DNA from: Dehalococcoidia bacterium
GTDB lineage: Bacteria > Chloroflexota > Dehalococcoidia > SM23-28-2 > RBG-16-64-32
DNA: 64,000 bases
NCBI GenBank assembly: GCA_040877915.1
Contig: JBBDNA010000012.1
Span: 41,102-105,101, forward strand
Direction: 5' to 3'
Each line of letters starts with the position of its first letter. Within the stretch, counting starts at the first letter, position 1. Below are positions 7,377-15,434 of the stretch, piece by piece. The notes under the pieces were generated by a model. The model did not search any database. It was not told the DNA's origin and saw only the letters and a program-made list of their open reading frames with translations. A program made the translations under genes and the position numbers.

Positions 7377-9314
7377 GTGATCCGCTCATCTCTGGTTCGC
7401 CTCGCAATCCTGTTCGGCCTGACGGCTGGCTCGGTCGTTGCGTTTCAAGCGATTGAGGTTCGCTCGTCTCATACTCCGGGGTCACCTCGGTTCGAGCCTG
7501 TCACCGATTATAGGCTCTGCAACGCTCTGTCTAGCGGCTTTGACGGCCCGGAGCCCTTGTCTCTTGGATCGAGTTCAACGTGCCAAGAGGTGACGGACCA
7601 GGGCGCCAATCCCGATCTCTCGTTCAAATTCGAACTCCCGATCGGGCATCTTAACCTCTCTCCCGATACTCTCGTTATGACTCTGTCGGAGGGCTTCAGC
7701 GTGGCGAATGACGCCGCGTTCCCGGATGGCACAGTCGTGGGTGGGGTTGAGGCTGACTTGAGAATTGGGCTGATTAACGGCCCGTGCAATACACCTATAT
7801 CCGCTGACTTTATTCTGTATGACAGCACAACTGATATCGACAATGTCCTCGTCATGCAGGATTATCCACCAACAGTTATCGCGTATGACGGGGACGACCC
7901 CTACTCAGGTAAGGCCGACAGTGCGTCCCCGCCCGTCCATTTCTACCCTGACGTCAACAACCAGATCTTCGATCCCGACGGTTCAGGGGACGCGAGCGGC
8001 GGGTATGAGCCCGTGGCACCCTACGCCCGCTATTCGGGAGCCACTGAGGTTTGGGGGGAGTGGCAGTTGCTTCAGGTCTTCATATTCCAACCAGGGGCCA
8101 TTAAGGCCGCGTTCGACGCCAACCCCGCCAACGCCACCCACCCCTTCAGCCGCCTCCACTCCACCCTCGGCTGGACTAGCGTTGCGCTTATCAACTTCCC
8201 GATTGGGTTCGGCAAGACCCCTCTCGAGGTTACTGATACCTGCTCCTCGCTGGGTGCAACGCTGGTTTTCCTGGGGCGAGTCGATACCAACGGTGATGAG
8301 GTGCCCGACGCGGATCGCCTCATCAGCCCCTCCGCCGTTGGTGGCATAGATGGCGAGGGGACGCACCTGGCCCAGCACTATACCCTCAGCTTGCGGGACA
8401 CTGACGAGGACGGAGTCGACAATGGTCTTGATAATTGTCCCAACGCCGCGGACCAGGAGGATGCCTGGTTGAACAACGGCCCAGACTCAGATGGCCTGGA
8501 CTCGGTGTGCGACCCGGCACCCAGCACAACAAGCACGGCGGCCCCACCACCGAACGGCGTCGACAACGATAGCGACACTTTTGTTGACGAGGACCCCACG
8601 GATGGTCTCGATAATGATGGAGACACGGCGACTGACGAAGATGGAAATTGCCCCGTCACCGCCGCCCTTCCAGACGAGGATCAAGACTGCTACTCCAACC
8701 GCCAAGACAATTGTCCGATCTCTTTCAACGCCGGCCAGATTGAGAGTGAATTCCTGACAACCAGGATCCTAGCCGCTCCGGACGGCGGCCCCTGGAATGA
8801 TGAGATAGGCGACGCCTGCGACTCCCAGCCCACCGTGGCCAACGGGCGCTTCTTCCACTTCTTCGACTCCGACGCCTTCTGCATCAACGATACGCCCGGC
8901 GCGGACGGGGACGGCGACGGCTGGTGTCACATCGCCGCCGGCGCCGACCCGGACGACAGCGACGCCAACAAGACCGGTCGCAAGCTCCAGGACGCCGACA
9001 AGTACCTGTTCGGCGTCCAGCCCGGGCACGCCCACTCGAACTACAACGAGGTCTGGATGCAGACGGACCCCCTCGCCGACTGCCCCGAGGTCGTCGGCAA
9101 GCACGACGCCTGGCCCCCGGACTTCACGAAAGACCGGCTGGTAAACACCGGCGACACGATTGCCGGTTTCGGCCAGGGCCAGTTGCTGACGTCCGAGGGA
9201 CAACCGGGCTACGACAGGCGCTCCGACGCCAACGCGGACGGCCAGATAAACGTGGGCGACGTCACCGTGCTGATGGGCGGCGGCGTAATGCTCACGTCCT
9301 GCAGCCCGTCGTAG
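7377..9314 (+). CDS. secreted protein with thrombospondin type-3-like Ca-binding repeats and a C-terminal dockerin/EF-hand-like motif
   Basis: Signal peptide LAILFGLTAGSVVAF. Asp-rich Cys-containing repeats include DTDEDGVDNGLDNCPNAADQED, DSDGLDSVCD, DNDSDTFVDEDPTDGLDNDGDTATDEDGNCP and DEDQDCYSNRQDNCP. The C terminus carries DANADGQINVGDVTVLMGG. Confidence 0.7.
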   Translation: MIRSSLVRLAILFGLTAGSVVAFQAIEVRSSHTPGSPRFEPVTDYRLCNALSSGFDGPEPLSLGSSSTCQEVTDQGANPDLSFKFELPIGHLNLSPDTLVMTLSEGFSVANDAAFPDGTVVGGVEADLRIGLINGPCNTPISADFILYDSTTDIDNVLVMQDYPPTVIAYDGDDPYSGKADSASPPVHFYPDVNNQIFDPDGSGDASGGYEPVAPYARYSGATEVWGEWQLLQVFIFQPGAIKAAFDANPANATHPFSRLHSTLGWTSVALINFPIGFGKTPLEVTDTCSSLGATLVFLGRVDTNGDEVPDADRLISPSAVGGIDGEGTHLAQHYTLSLRDTDEDGVDNGLDNCPNAADQEDAWLNNGPDSDGLDSVCDPAPSTTSTAAPPPNGVDNDSDTFVDEDPTDGLDNDGDTATDEDGNCPVTAALPDEDQDCYSNRQDNCPISFNAGQIESEFLTTRILAAPDGGPWNDEIGDACDSQPTVANGRFFHFFDSDAFCINDTPGADGDGDGWCHIAAGADPDDSDANKTGRKLQDADKYLFGVQPGHAHSNYNEVWMQTDPLADCPEVVGKHDAWPPDFTKDRLVNTGDTIAGFGQGQLLTSEGQPGYDRRSDANADGQINVGDVTVLMGGGVMLTSCSPS

Positions 9315-9347
9315 CTCGTCGCTTTCCCCACGGGCTTCTCCTCCGCC

Positions 9348-9375
9348 GTGACCCTCACAGCGCGAGCCGATATAC
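9348..9375 (+). promoter_or_regulatory. candidate promoter for the M16 peptidase gene
   Basis: GTGACC (9348-9353), a 16-nt spacer, TATACT (9370-9375). Confidence 0.35.
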
Positions 9376-9441
9376 TGGGTCATGGTCGCGACGACGGCAA
9401 TCGAGACCTTCCCGGCAGGCGAAGACTAGAAGGACACAGCG

Positions 9442-10716
9442 ATGAGTATCACCTGGGAGATCAGCGAGCTCGATAACGGGCTGCGCATCGTCACCACGCC
9501 CGTGCCTACGGCGCAGTCGGTGAGCGTGAACCTGTTCGTGGGCGCGGGATCGCGCGGCGAGGACGAGCGCACCAAGGGGCTGGCCCACTTCCTGGAGCAC
9601 ATGGTGTTCAAGGGCACCGAGAAGCGCCCCACGGCCATCGACATCGCCGAGGCGATCGAGGGCGCCGGCGGCGTCCTCAACGCCTACACGTCGAAGGAGA
9701 TGACCTGCTACTGGAACCAGGTCCCGTTCGACCGGCTGGAGCTGGCCGTGGACGTCGTGACCGATATGCTGATGAACCCCCTGCTCGACCAGGAAGAGGT
9801 CGACCGCGAGCGCTCGGTGGTGCAGCAGGAGATCCGTCGCGGCAAGGACCAGCCGGGGGCCTGGTGCGGCGAGCTCCTGGGCCAGGCGATGTTCGGCGAC
9901 CAGCCGCTGGGCTGGTCGACCGCGGGGACGGAGGAGACCGTCCAGGAGCTGCAGCGCGGCGACTTCGCGGCCTGGATGGACACCTGGTACGCACCCCGGA
10001 ACATGGTGCTGGCCGTGGCCGGCAACGCCTCCCACAAGGACGTCGTCGCGCTGGCCGAGGCCTGTGTCGCCAACGGCAACCGCGCGGCGGCGCCGGACGT
10101 CCTCCCGGTCAACGGCAACCTGCCCGCCCAGCGGGTGATCTCCGAGAGCCGGCCGATCGCACAGGCCAACCTGGCCCTCAGCGTGCCCGGCCTCCAGCGC
10201 GACGACCCCGACCGCTACGTGTTGCAGGTCCTGAATTCGGTGATGGGTCGCGGCATGAGCTCGCGGCTGTTCAAGGAAGTGCGCGAGAGGCGCGGGCTGG
10301 CCTACTCGGTATCGTCGTCGGTCAGCCGGCACAAGGACATCGGGGCGTTCACGGTGACGGCCGGCGTGTCGCCGGAGAAGCTGGACGAGGCGATCACGGT
10401 GATCCTCGAGGAGCTGGCAAAGCCCACCGAGGAGCCGGTGCCCGCCGAGGAGATGACCAAGGCCAAAGACTACACCGTCGGCAGCTTCCGCCTCAGCCTG
10501 GAGACGCCCATGGCGCTGGGCCAGCGCACGGGCGAGCAGCTCCTCACGATGGGCGAGATCGAGCCGATCGAGACGGTCGTCGAGAGCGTGCAGTCGGTGA
10601 CGGCGGACGATGTGATGCGCCTGGCGCGGCGGATACTGGTCCCGGAGAAGGTGGCGCTATCGGTCGTCGGGCCCGAAATCGACGAAGGTCGCCTGCGCGG
10701 GCTGCTGGCGGCCTGA
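9442..10716 (+). CDS. M16 family zinc peptidase (insulinase/pitrilysin-like)
   Basis: Inverted zinc motif HFLEH in GLAHFLEHMVFKGT. The length and two-domain layout are typical of M16B. Confidence 0.9.
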   Translation: MSITWEISELDNGLRIVTTPVPTAQSVSVNLFVGAGSRGEDERTKGLAHFLEHMVFKGTEKRPTAIDIAEAIEGAGGVLNAYTSKEMTCYWNQVPFDRLELAVDVVTDMLMNPLLDQEEVDRERSVVQQEIRRGKDQPGAWCGELLGQAMFGDQPLGWSTAGTEETVQELQRGDFAAWMDTWYAPRNMVLAVAGNASHKDVVALAEACVANGNRAAAPDVLPVNGNLPAQRVISESRPIAQANLALSVPGLQRDDPDRYVLQVLNSVMGRGMSSRLFKEVRERRGLAYSVSSSVSRHKDIGAFTVTAGVSPEKLDEAITVILEELAKPTEEPVPAEEMTKAKDYTVGSFRLSLETPMALGQRTGEQLLTMGEIEPIETVVESVQSVTADDVMRLARRILVPEKVALSVVGPEIDEGRLRGLLAA

Positions 10717-10743
10717 TGCCGCGCCGGGAGATCGCGATGTAGC

Positions 10744-10856
10744 GGAGGCCTTCAGGCCTCCACGATGCCCTTCGACTCGCCCCGACAAGCCGGGGTGGCT
10801 CAGGGCGAACGGGTGGTGGTGTGGGGCCCAAGCTGCGTCTGCCTGCCGGCAGGCAG
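10744..10856. repeat. GC-rich hairpin/palindrome cluster (REP-like)
   Basis: GGAGGCC-ttca-GGCCTCC at 10744-10761. CCCCG-acaagc-CGGGG in between. An 18-nt perfect palindrome CTGCCTGCCGGCAGGCAG at 10839-10856. Confidence 0.6.
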
Positions 10857-10901
10857 GCGATTCATCGCGCAGTACTGCCGTCCGGGCGGACGGGGCGGAG
10901 G

Positions 10902-11771
10902 ATGGCGATGGAACCATCAGAAGTCCAGCGCGCAGTTGAGGCCGGGGTGTCGGCGGCCTCCGCGCTAGGCCTTCGAGTCGAGGATGCGGCCGTTGTCCAC
11001 AACTCGAACCGCATCGCCGTTCGCCTGACCCCTTGCGACGTTCTCGCCCGGGTTGCGCCGCTCGCGCATCAGAACCATGACGACCTCGAACTCGAGGTTG
11101 CCCGCCGTCTCACCGAAACCGGTAGCCCCGTGGCCGGGCCTGAGCCTCGGGTGGAGCCGCGTGTCTATGTGCGTGACGGGTTCGCTGTCACGCTGTGGAC
11201 CTACTACGAGCCTGTGGCGTCCTCGGACATCGCACCGGCCGAGTACGCGCAGGCACTCGTCCGGCTCCACGATGGCCTGCGCCAGATCGAGGTGAGCGCA
11301 CCGCATTTCACCGACCGAGTCGCCGAAGCACAGCGGCTGGTTGCCGACCAAGAACAGACTCCAGAGCTTCCTGACGCCGGCCGGGAACTCCTCGGCGACA
11401 CTCTGAGTCGGCTGAGCACCGCGATCAGCAAACACGGCACTGCCGAGCAGCTGTTGCACGGCGAGCCGCATCTGGGCAACTTGCTTCGCACCCGAAAAGG
11501 GCTGCTTTTCATAGACTTTGAGACCTGCTGCCGTGGTCCGGTCGAGTTCGACATCGCCCATGCCCTCGGCCCGAGCGAGGACGGGCGCATGCTGTCTGCC
11601 GAAGGACTTTGCGAGCACTATCCGGGGGCTAACGAGGATCTGATTGACCAGTGCGGCATCCTCATCCGGGCGATGGTAACGACGTGGCGCTGGCAACGAG
11701 ACGACCAGCTCCCCAACGGGCGCTACTGGAGAATCGAGGGGCTCAACCAGCTTCGGGCAGCCCTCTTATAG
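10902..11771 (+). CDS. aminoglycoside/choline-kinase-type phosphotransferase family protein
   Basis: Catalytic-loop-like HGEPHLGNLL and IDFETCC (kinase Brenner/DFG-like motifs). ATG at 10902 follows GGCGGAGG. The track ORF begins 27 codons upstream with no SD. Confidence 0.8.
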   Translation: MAMEPSEVQRAVEAGVSAASALGLRVEDAAVVHNSNRIAVRLTPCDVLARVAPLAHQNHDDLELEVARRLTETGSPVAGPEPRVEPRVYVRDGFAVTLWTYYEPVASSDIAPAEYAQALVRLHDGLRQIEVSAPHFTDRVAEAQRLVADQEQTPELPDAGRELLGDTLSRLSTAISKHGTAEQLLHGEPHLGNLLRTRKGLLFIDFETCCRGPVEFDIAHALGPSEDGRMLSAEGLCEHYPGANEDLIDQCGILIRAMVTTWRWQRDDQLPNGRYWRIEGLNQLRAALL

Positions 11772-11774
11772 TGT

Positions 11775-11806
11775 AGGAGGGAGCACGTTTCATCGGACTC
11801 CCTCCT
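11775..11806 (+). terminator. hairpin after the phosphotransferase gene
   Basis: AGGAGGGAG, a 14-nt loop, CTCCCTCCT (9-bp stem), starting 4 nt after the stop. The downstream tail TGGGTTCG is only weakly U-rich. Confidence 0.4.
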
Positions 11807-11889
11807 TGGGTTCGTGTAGAGCCACGCCGCGCCGGCCAGGGCGATGTACCACTGGCAGCCTAACCGCCATGTGGCCAGCCCCCAAATAC

Positions 11890-11926
11890 GATGAGGCCCT
11901 CATTGCCTCCCGGCGAGGGCCTCATC
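11890..11926. repeat. 12-bp perfect stem hairpin
   Basis: GATGAGGCCCTC, a 13-nt loop, GAGGGCCTCATC. Confidence 0.6.
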
Positions 11927-11965
11927 GCCGCACCCATGATGCCCACGAGTGTTGGCGAAATTCAG

Positions 11966-12052
11966 TAGGGGAGATGTGCACGCACCCCGAGTCCTTGCGG
12001 ACGTCTCACCAGCCCCGCAACTGGTGAACTTGAGCTATTCACATCTCCCCTA
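11966..12052. other. 87-nt element closed by a 13-bp inverted repeat, with internal hairpins
   Basis: TAGGGGAGATGTG (11966-11978) pairs with CACATCTCCCCTA (12040-12052). Inside are GTCC-ttgc-GGAC and CACCAG-ccccgcaa-CTGGTG. It lies upstream of the crotonase promoter, so it is not part of that 5' UTR. Confidence 0.45.
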
Positions 12053-12117
12053 ACCCCAGAACAGCCCCCCTTCGGCGCTATTACGCCCGTTCACCCAACG
12101 TTTACTTTTCGGCCCCC

Positions 12118-12126
12118 TGTTATACT
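12118..12126 (+). promoter_or_regulatory. extended -10 promoter for the enoyl-CoA hydratase gene
   Basis: TGtTATACT. There is no good -35. About 60 nt of leader follow, ending in GAAGGAGGAG before the GTG start. Confidence 0.35.
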
Positions 12127-12191
12127 GATTCGCGCCCCGACGGGCGCCCGTCTGGGCGCATCTGACCCAGCCGCTTCGCGAAGGAGGAGCC

Positions 12192-12980
12192 GTGCCCGCG
12201 TTCCAGAACATCCTGTACGAGAAGAAGGGTCGCCTGGCCTACGTCACCCTGAACCGCGAGGAGCGCCGCAACGCCATCGACCCCGCGACCTCCAAGGAGC
12301 TATTGGAGGCGTTCAGCGACTTCAAGGACGACGACGACGTCTGGGTGGCCATCGTGACCGGCAGCGGCGACGTGGCCTTCTCGGCCGGGGCGGACCTCGT
12401 GGCGATGTCGCAGGCGTTGCGCGGGGAGGGCGGCGACCCCGGCTTCAGCGTCCCCTTCGCCGGCATCACCCGCGGCTTCGAGTGCTGGAAGCCGATCGTC
12501 GCCGCGATCAACGGCTATTGCCTGGCTGGCGGCCTGGAGCTGGCCCTTACCTGCGACGTCCGCATCGCCGCCGAGCACGCGACCTTCGGGCTGCCCGAGC
12601 CGAAGCGGGCCATCATCCCCGGCGCGACCGGCACCCAGCGTCTGCCCCGCGCCATCCCCATCGCCTACGCGATGGAGCTGCTGCTCACCGGCGACAGGTT
12701 CGACTCGGCCTGGGCGCTGCGGGCCGGCCTGGTGTCACGCGTCGTCCCCAAGGACGAGCTGACGCCGACGGTCGAGGACGTGGCCCGTCGCATGCTGGAG
12801 TGCGGGCCGCTGGCCGTGCGCGCGATCAAGCAGGCGGCGCTCCAGGGCCGCGACCTGCCGTTCGAGGAGGGGCTCAAGCTGGAATCGAAGCTGGCCGGTC
12901 AGATCTTCCGCACGGAGGACGCCCGCGAGGGCCCCACGGCGTTCGCGCAGAAGCGCAAGCCGGAGTACAAGGGGCGCTAG
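12192..12980 (+). CDS. enoyl-CoA hydratase/isomerase (crotonase) family protein
   Basis: Oxyanion-hole motifs FSAGADL and CLAGGLELALTCD. GTG start 6 nt after GGAGGAG. Confidence 0.9.
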   Translation: MPAFQNILYEKKGRLAYVTLNREERRNAIDPATSKELLEAFSDFKDDDDVWVAIVTGSGDVAFSAGADLVAMSQALRGEGGDPGFSVPFAGITRGFECWKPIVAAINGYCLAGGLELALTCDVRIAAEHATFGLPEPKRAIIPGATGTQRLPRAIPIAYAMELLLTGDRFDSAWALRAGLVSRVVPKDELTPTVEDVARRMLECGPLAVRAIKQAALQGRDLPFEEGLKLESKLAGQIFRTEDAREGPTAFAQKRKPEYKGR

Positions 12981-13489
12981 TCGTCGCGGCTGCGCCAGCA
13001 GTAGTAGGAGTAGTCGATCTCGCCGGGGCTGTGGCCCAGCTCGGTCAGGATCATCGCCGCCTCGCCCCGGTGCTGCATCGCGTGCGAACCCAAGCTCAAC
13101 GCCACCTGCCAAGCCGGCCGCTGCCAGGTTCGCCACTTCCCGTCCTTGGTCGGGTTATGCATCTCCATCGACGCGTCCAGGCTCTCGTCCGTCAGCGAGT
13201 CCACCAGCTCGCGCAGCGTCGCGTGCACCCGCGAGTAGGACTCGCGCATCGCCTCCGCGGCCTTCCCGGACTCGACCTTCGCCAGCGCCGGCGGCTGCAT
13301 CTTCCATGTCGCGATCGCCACCAGATGCGAAGCCAGGATGTGCATCAGGATGTCCTGCAGACTGCCGCAGTCCGGGCCGCGTACGCGCGTTAGCTCCTCT
13401 TCGCTCACCTGCGAGGCAGCGTCGAGCAGACGGTCGTTCGCCCACTCGTTGTGCTCGAACAGCGCGCGTATGAGCTCAGCCTTGCCCAC
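12977..13489 (-). CDS. DinB family (four-helix bundle) protein
   Basis: N terminus LIRALFEHNEWANDRLLDAA and His-containing helices (HILASHL, HAMQHRGE) typical of DinB/DUF664. Confidence 0.85.
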   Translation of the reverse strand: MGKAELIRALFEHNEWANDRLLDAASQVSEEELTRVRGPDCGSLQDILMHILASHLVAIATWKMQPPALAKVESGKAAEAMRESYSRVHATLRELVDSLTDESLDASMEMHNPTKDGKWRTWQRPAWQVALSLGSHAMQHRGEAAMILTELGHSPGEIDYSYYCWRSRDD

Positions 13490-13500
13490 GGGCAGTCCTT

Positions 13501-15243
13501 CTAGTTCGCCGCCGCCAGGGCCTTCGCGTCCAGCGGCTCGTATCGGGTGACCGGCGCGAACAGGTCCAGTACCGAGCGGTCGCCGGAGATGCCGCGCAGA
13601 CGGCGGTCGGTGAGGTGCTCGCGCACGAACAGTTGCGCCACGGCCGCCTTGCGGGCCGAGCCGTCGCGTTCAAGCTCGTCGGCGGCGGCCTCGGCCAGCA
13701 GCGCGGCCTGAGCCAGGTCGGCCAGCAAGCCGGTCAGCCGTCGCGCGTTCAGCAGCTGCAGCTCCTGCGGCATGGACGCCATCGCCGACAGCGCCTCCAC
13801 CGCCTCCGCGCGCGCCGACTGCACCGCCCCAACGACGCCCGACAGCTCGGGCCGGTCGGCCCTGGCCAGCGCCTCGTCCACGCGGCCCAGCAGGGCGTCG
13901 TGGGCCTGCTCCTTGCCGATGGCGCGCAGCACGTCCAGCGAGAGAATGTTCTCCGTGCCCTCCCAGATCGTGTGGCACTGGGCGTCGCGGAACTGCCGGG
14001 CCAGCGGCCAGTTCTCGATGTAGCCGTTGCCGCCCAGGACTTCCAGCCCCTGGCTGGCGATCTCCAGGCCACGGCGGGCGCCGCGGAACTTGGACAGCGG
14101 CACCAGGATGCGGTACAACCGTCGCGCCTCCTCATCGCCGGAGCGGCCGGCCAGCGACGACGTCTCGAACGCCATCGCCGACGCGGCCTCGACCTCGACC
14201 GCCATCTGGAGCAGCGTCTCCTGCACCAGCGGCAGCTCGTCCAGCCGTCGGCCGAAGGCGGTGCGGTGAGCGGCGTAGATCGAGGCCTCCAGGAAGCAGC
14301 GCCGGGCGATACCGAGCCCCATGAACGCCACCCCCAACCGCGAGCCGTTGACCATGCTCATCATGCGGTTCAGGCCGCGCGACTCGGACGAGTCCGATTT
14401 GGGGTTGCTCAGGATGTAGGCCTCGGCGTCCACGAAGTCGACCTCGGCCGTAGGGACGGATCGCGTGCCCAGCTTGTCCTTCACCCGCTTGATGCGAACG
14501 CCGTTGGGCGAGCCGTCGGCGCGGGTGACGGGGACCAGGAACAGGGCGAGGCCGCGCAGGCCGGGGTCGGCGCCCTCCGGCCGAGCCAGCGTGGCGATGG
14601 CGCTGGCGTCGACGTTGGAGCAGAACCACTTCGCCCCGTTCAGCAGCCAGCGCTTCTCGTCGACGGGCGTGGCCACCGTCTCCGACGACGCCAGGTCGGA
14701 GCCGCCGCGGATCTCGGTCATGAACATCGCGCCGTCCCAGCCGTCGTCGTAGGACGGCGCCATCAGGTGCGACATCAGCTCCTCGCGAACGCCGGCGGGC
14801 GCGTAGCGGTCGACCAGCGAGATGACGCCGCCGGTCATGCCGGTGGCGCAGACCATCCCCGTGTCGGACTGCGAGAGCAGGTACGTGAAGGCGGAGCCCA
14901 GGACGGCGGGGATGTCGCGGCCAGCCGCCTCGTCGGCGTGGGGGCCCTCCTCCCAGATGTAGCGCTTCGTCTCGATGGCGCTGGGGTGGTGGACCACGCG
15001 GTTCGTCTCGTTGCCCCACTGGTCGTAGCGCTCCAGACGCGGCGGGTTGCGGTCGATGACCTCGGCGTTGGCGGCGATGGGGCCGCCGCAGATCTCGCCC
15101 CAGCGCTGCAGCCGCTCCTCCGCCCAGGCGCGGTCGCCGGGCGAGAGGTGGCGATCCATGAGGGATCGCAAGTTGGGGTCGGCCTCGTACCAGTTGAGGC
15201 CGATGGCGGAGTCTAGCTTGGCGTAGTCGATAGGTTCGGTCAT
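13501..15243 (-). CDS. acyl-CoA dehydrogenase, long AidB-like type
   Basis: 580 aa with WFCSNVDA, GGNGYIENWPLARQFRDA and the extra N/C-terminal helices seen in AidB-like ACADs. Confidence 0.9.
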   Translation of the reverse strand: MTEPIDYAKLDSAIGLNWYEADPNLRSLMDRHLSPGDRAWAEERLQRWGEICGGPIAANAEVIDRNPPRLERYDQWGNETNRVVHHPSAIETKRYIWEEGPHADEAAGRDIPAVLGSAFTYLLSQSDTGMVCATGMTGGVISLVDRYAPAGVREELMSHLMAPSYDDGWDGAMFMTEIRGGSDLASSETVATPVDEKRWLLNGAKWFCSNVDASAIATLARPEGADPGLRGLALFLVPVTRADGSPNGVRIKRVKDKLGTRSVPTAEVDFVDAEAYILSNPKSDSSESRGLNRMMSMVNGSRLGVAFMGLGIARRCFLEASIYAAHRTAFGRRLDELPLVQETLLQMAVEVEAASAMAFETSSLAGRSGDEEARRLYRILVPLSKFRGARRGLEIASQGLEVLGGNGYIENWPLARQFRDAQCHTIWEGTENILSLDVLRAIGKEQAHDALLGRVDEALARADRPELSGVVGAVQSARAEAVEALSAMASMPQELQLLNARRLTGLLADLAQAALLAEAAADELERDGSARKAAVAQLFVREHLTDRRLRGISGDRSVLDLFAPVTRYEPLDAKALAAAN

Positions 15244-15365
15244 GGCGTTCCTCGCTGGCTGGTCGATTTCGGCTCTGCTAGGTTAGCAGGCAGAGGGAGA
15301 GTTGGAAAGGGCGCGCCCGCCGGGCGGAAGTGCTGGCGGTGGGGAAGGGAGTGCTGCCGGTAGTA

Positions 15366-15393
15366 GTAGGGGCGCATCGCGATGCGCCCCTAC
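15366..15393. repeat. 28-nt perfect palindrome of the GTAGGGGCGC...GCGCCCCTAC family
   Basis: GTAGGGGCGCATCGCGATGCGCCCCTAC. The same arms recur at 30667-30694, and the same 3' arm with an imperfect 5' arm recurs around 30789-30814. It lies 40 nt downstream of the stop of the repeat-protein gene. Confidence 0.7.
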
Positions 15394-15434
15394 GGCTTCC
15401 GCATCCGCCGGCTTTTGAGGGGCTGCGGTCGCCT

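Noticed and set aside
11806-12027. 73-aa ORF in the 420-bp gap between the phosphotransferase and crotonase genes.
   Set aside because: No SD. The sequence runs through the long hairpins, and its Arg/Pro/His-rich composition is unlike the neighbouring genes.
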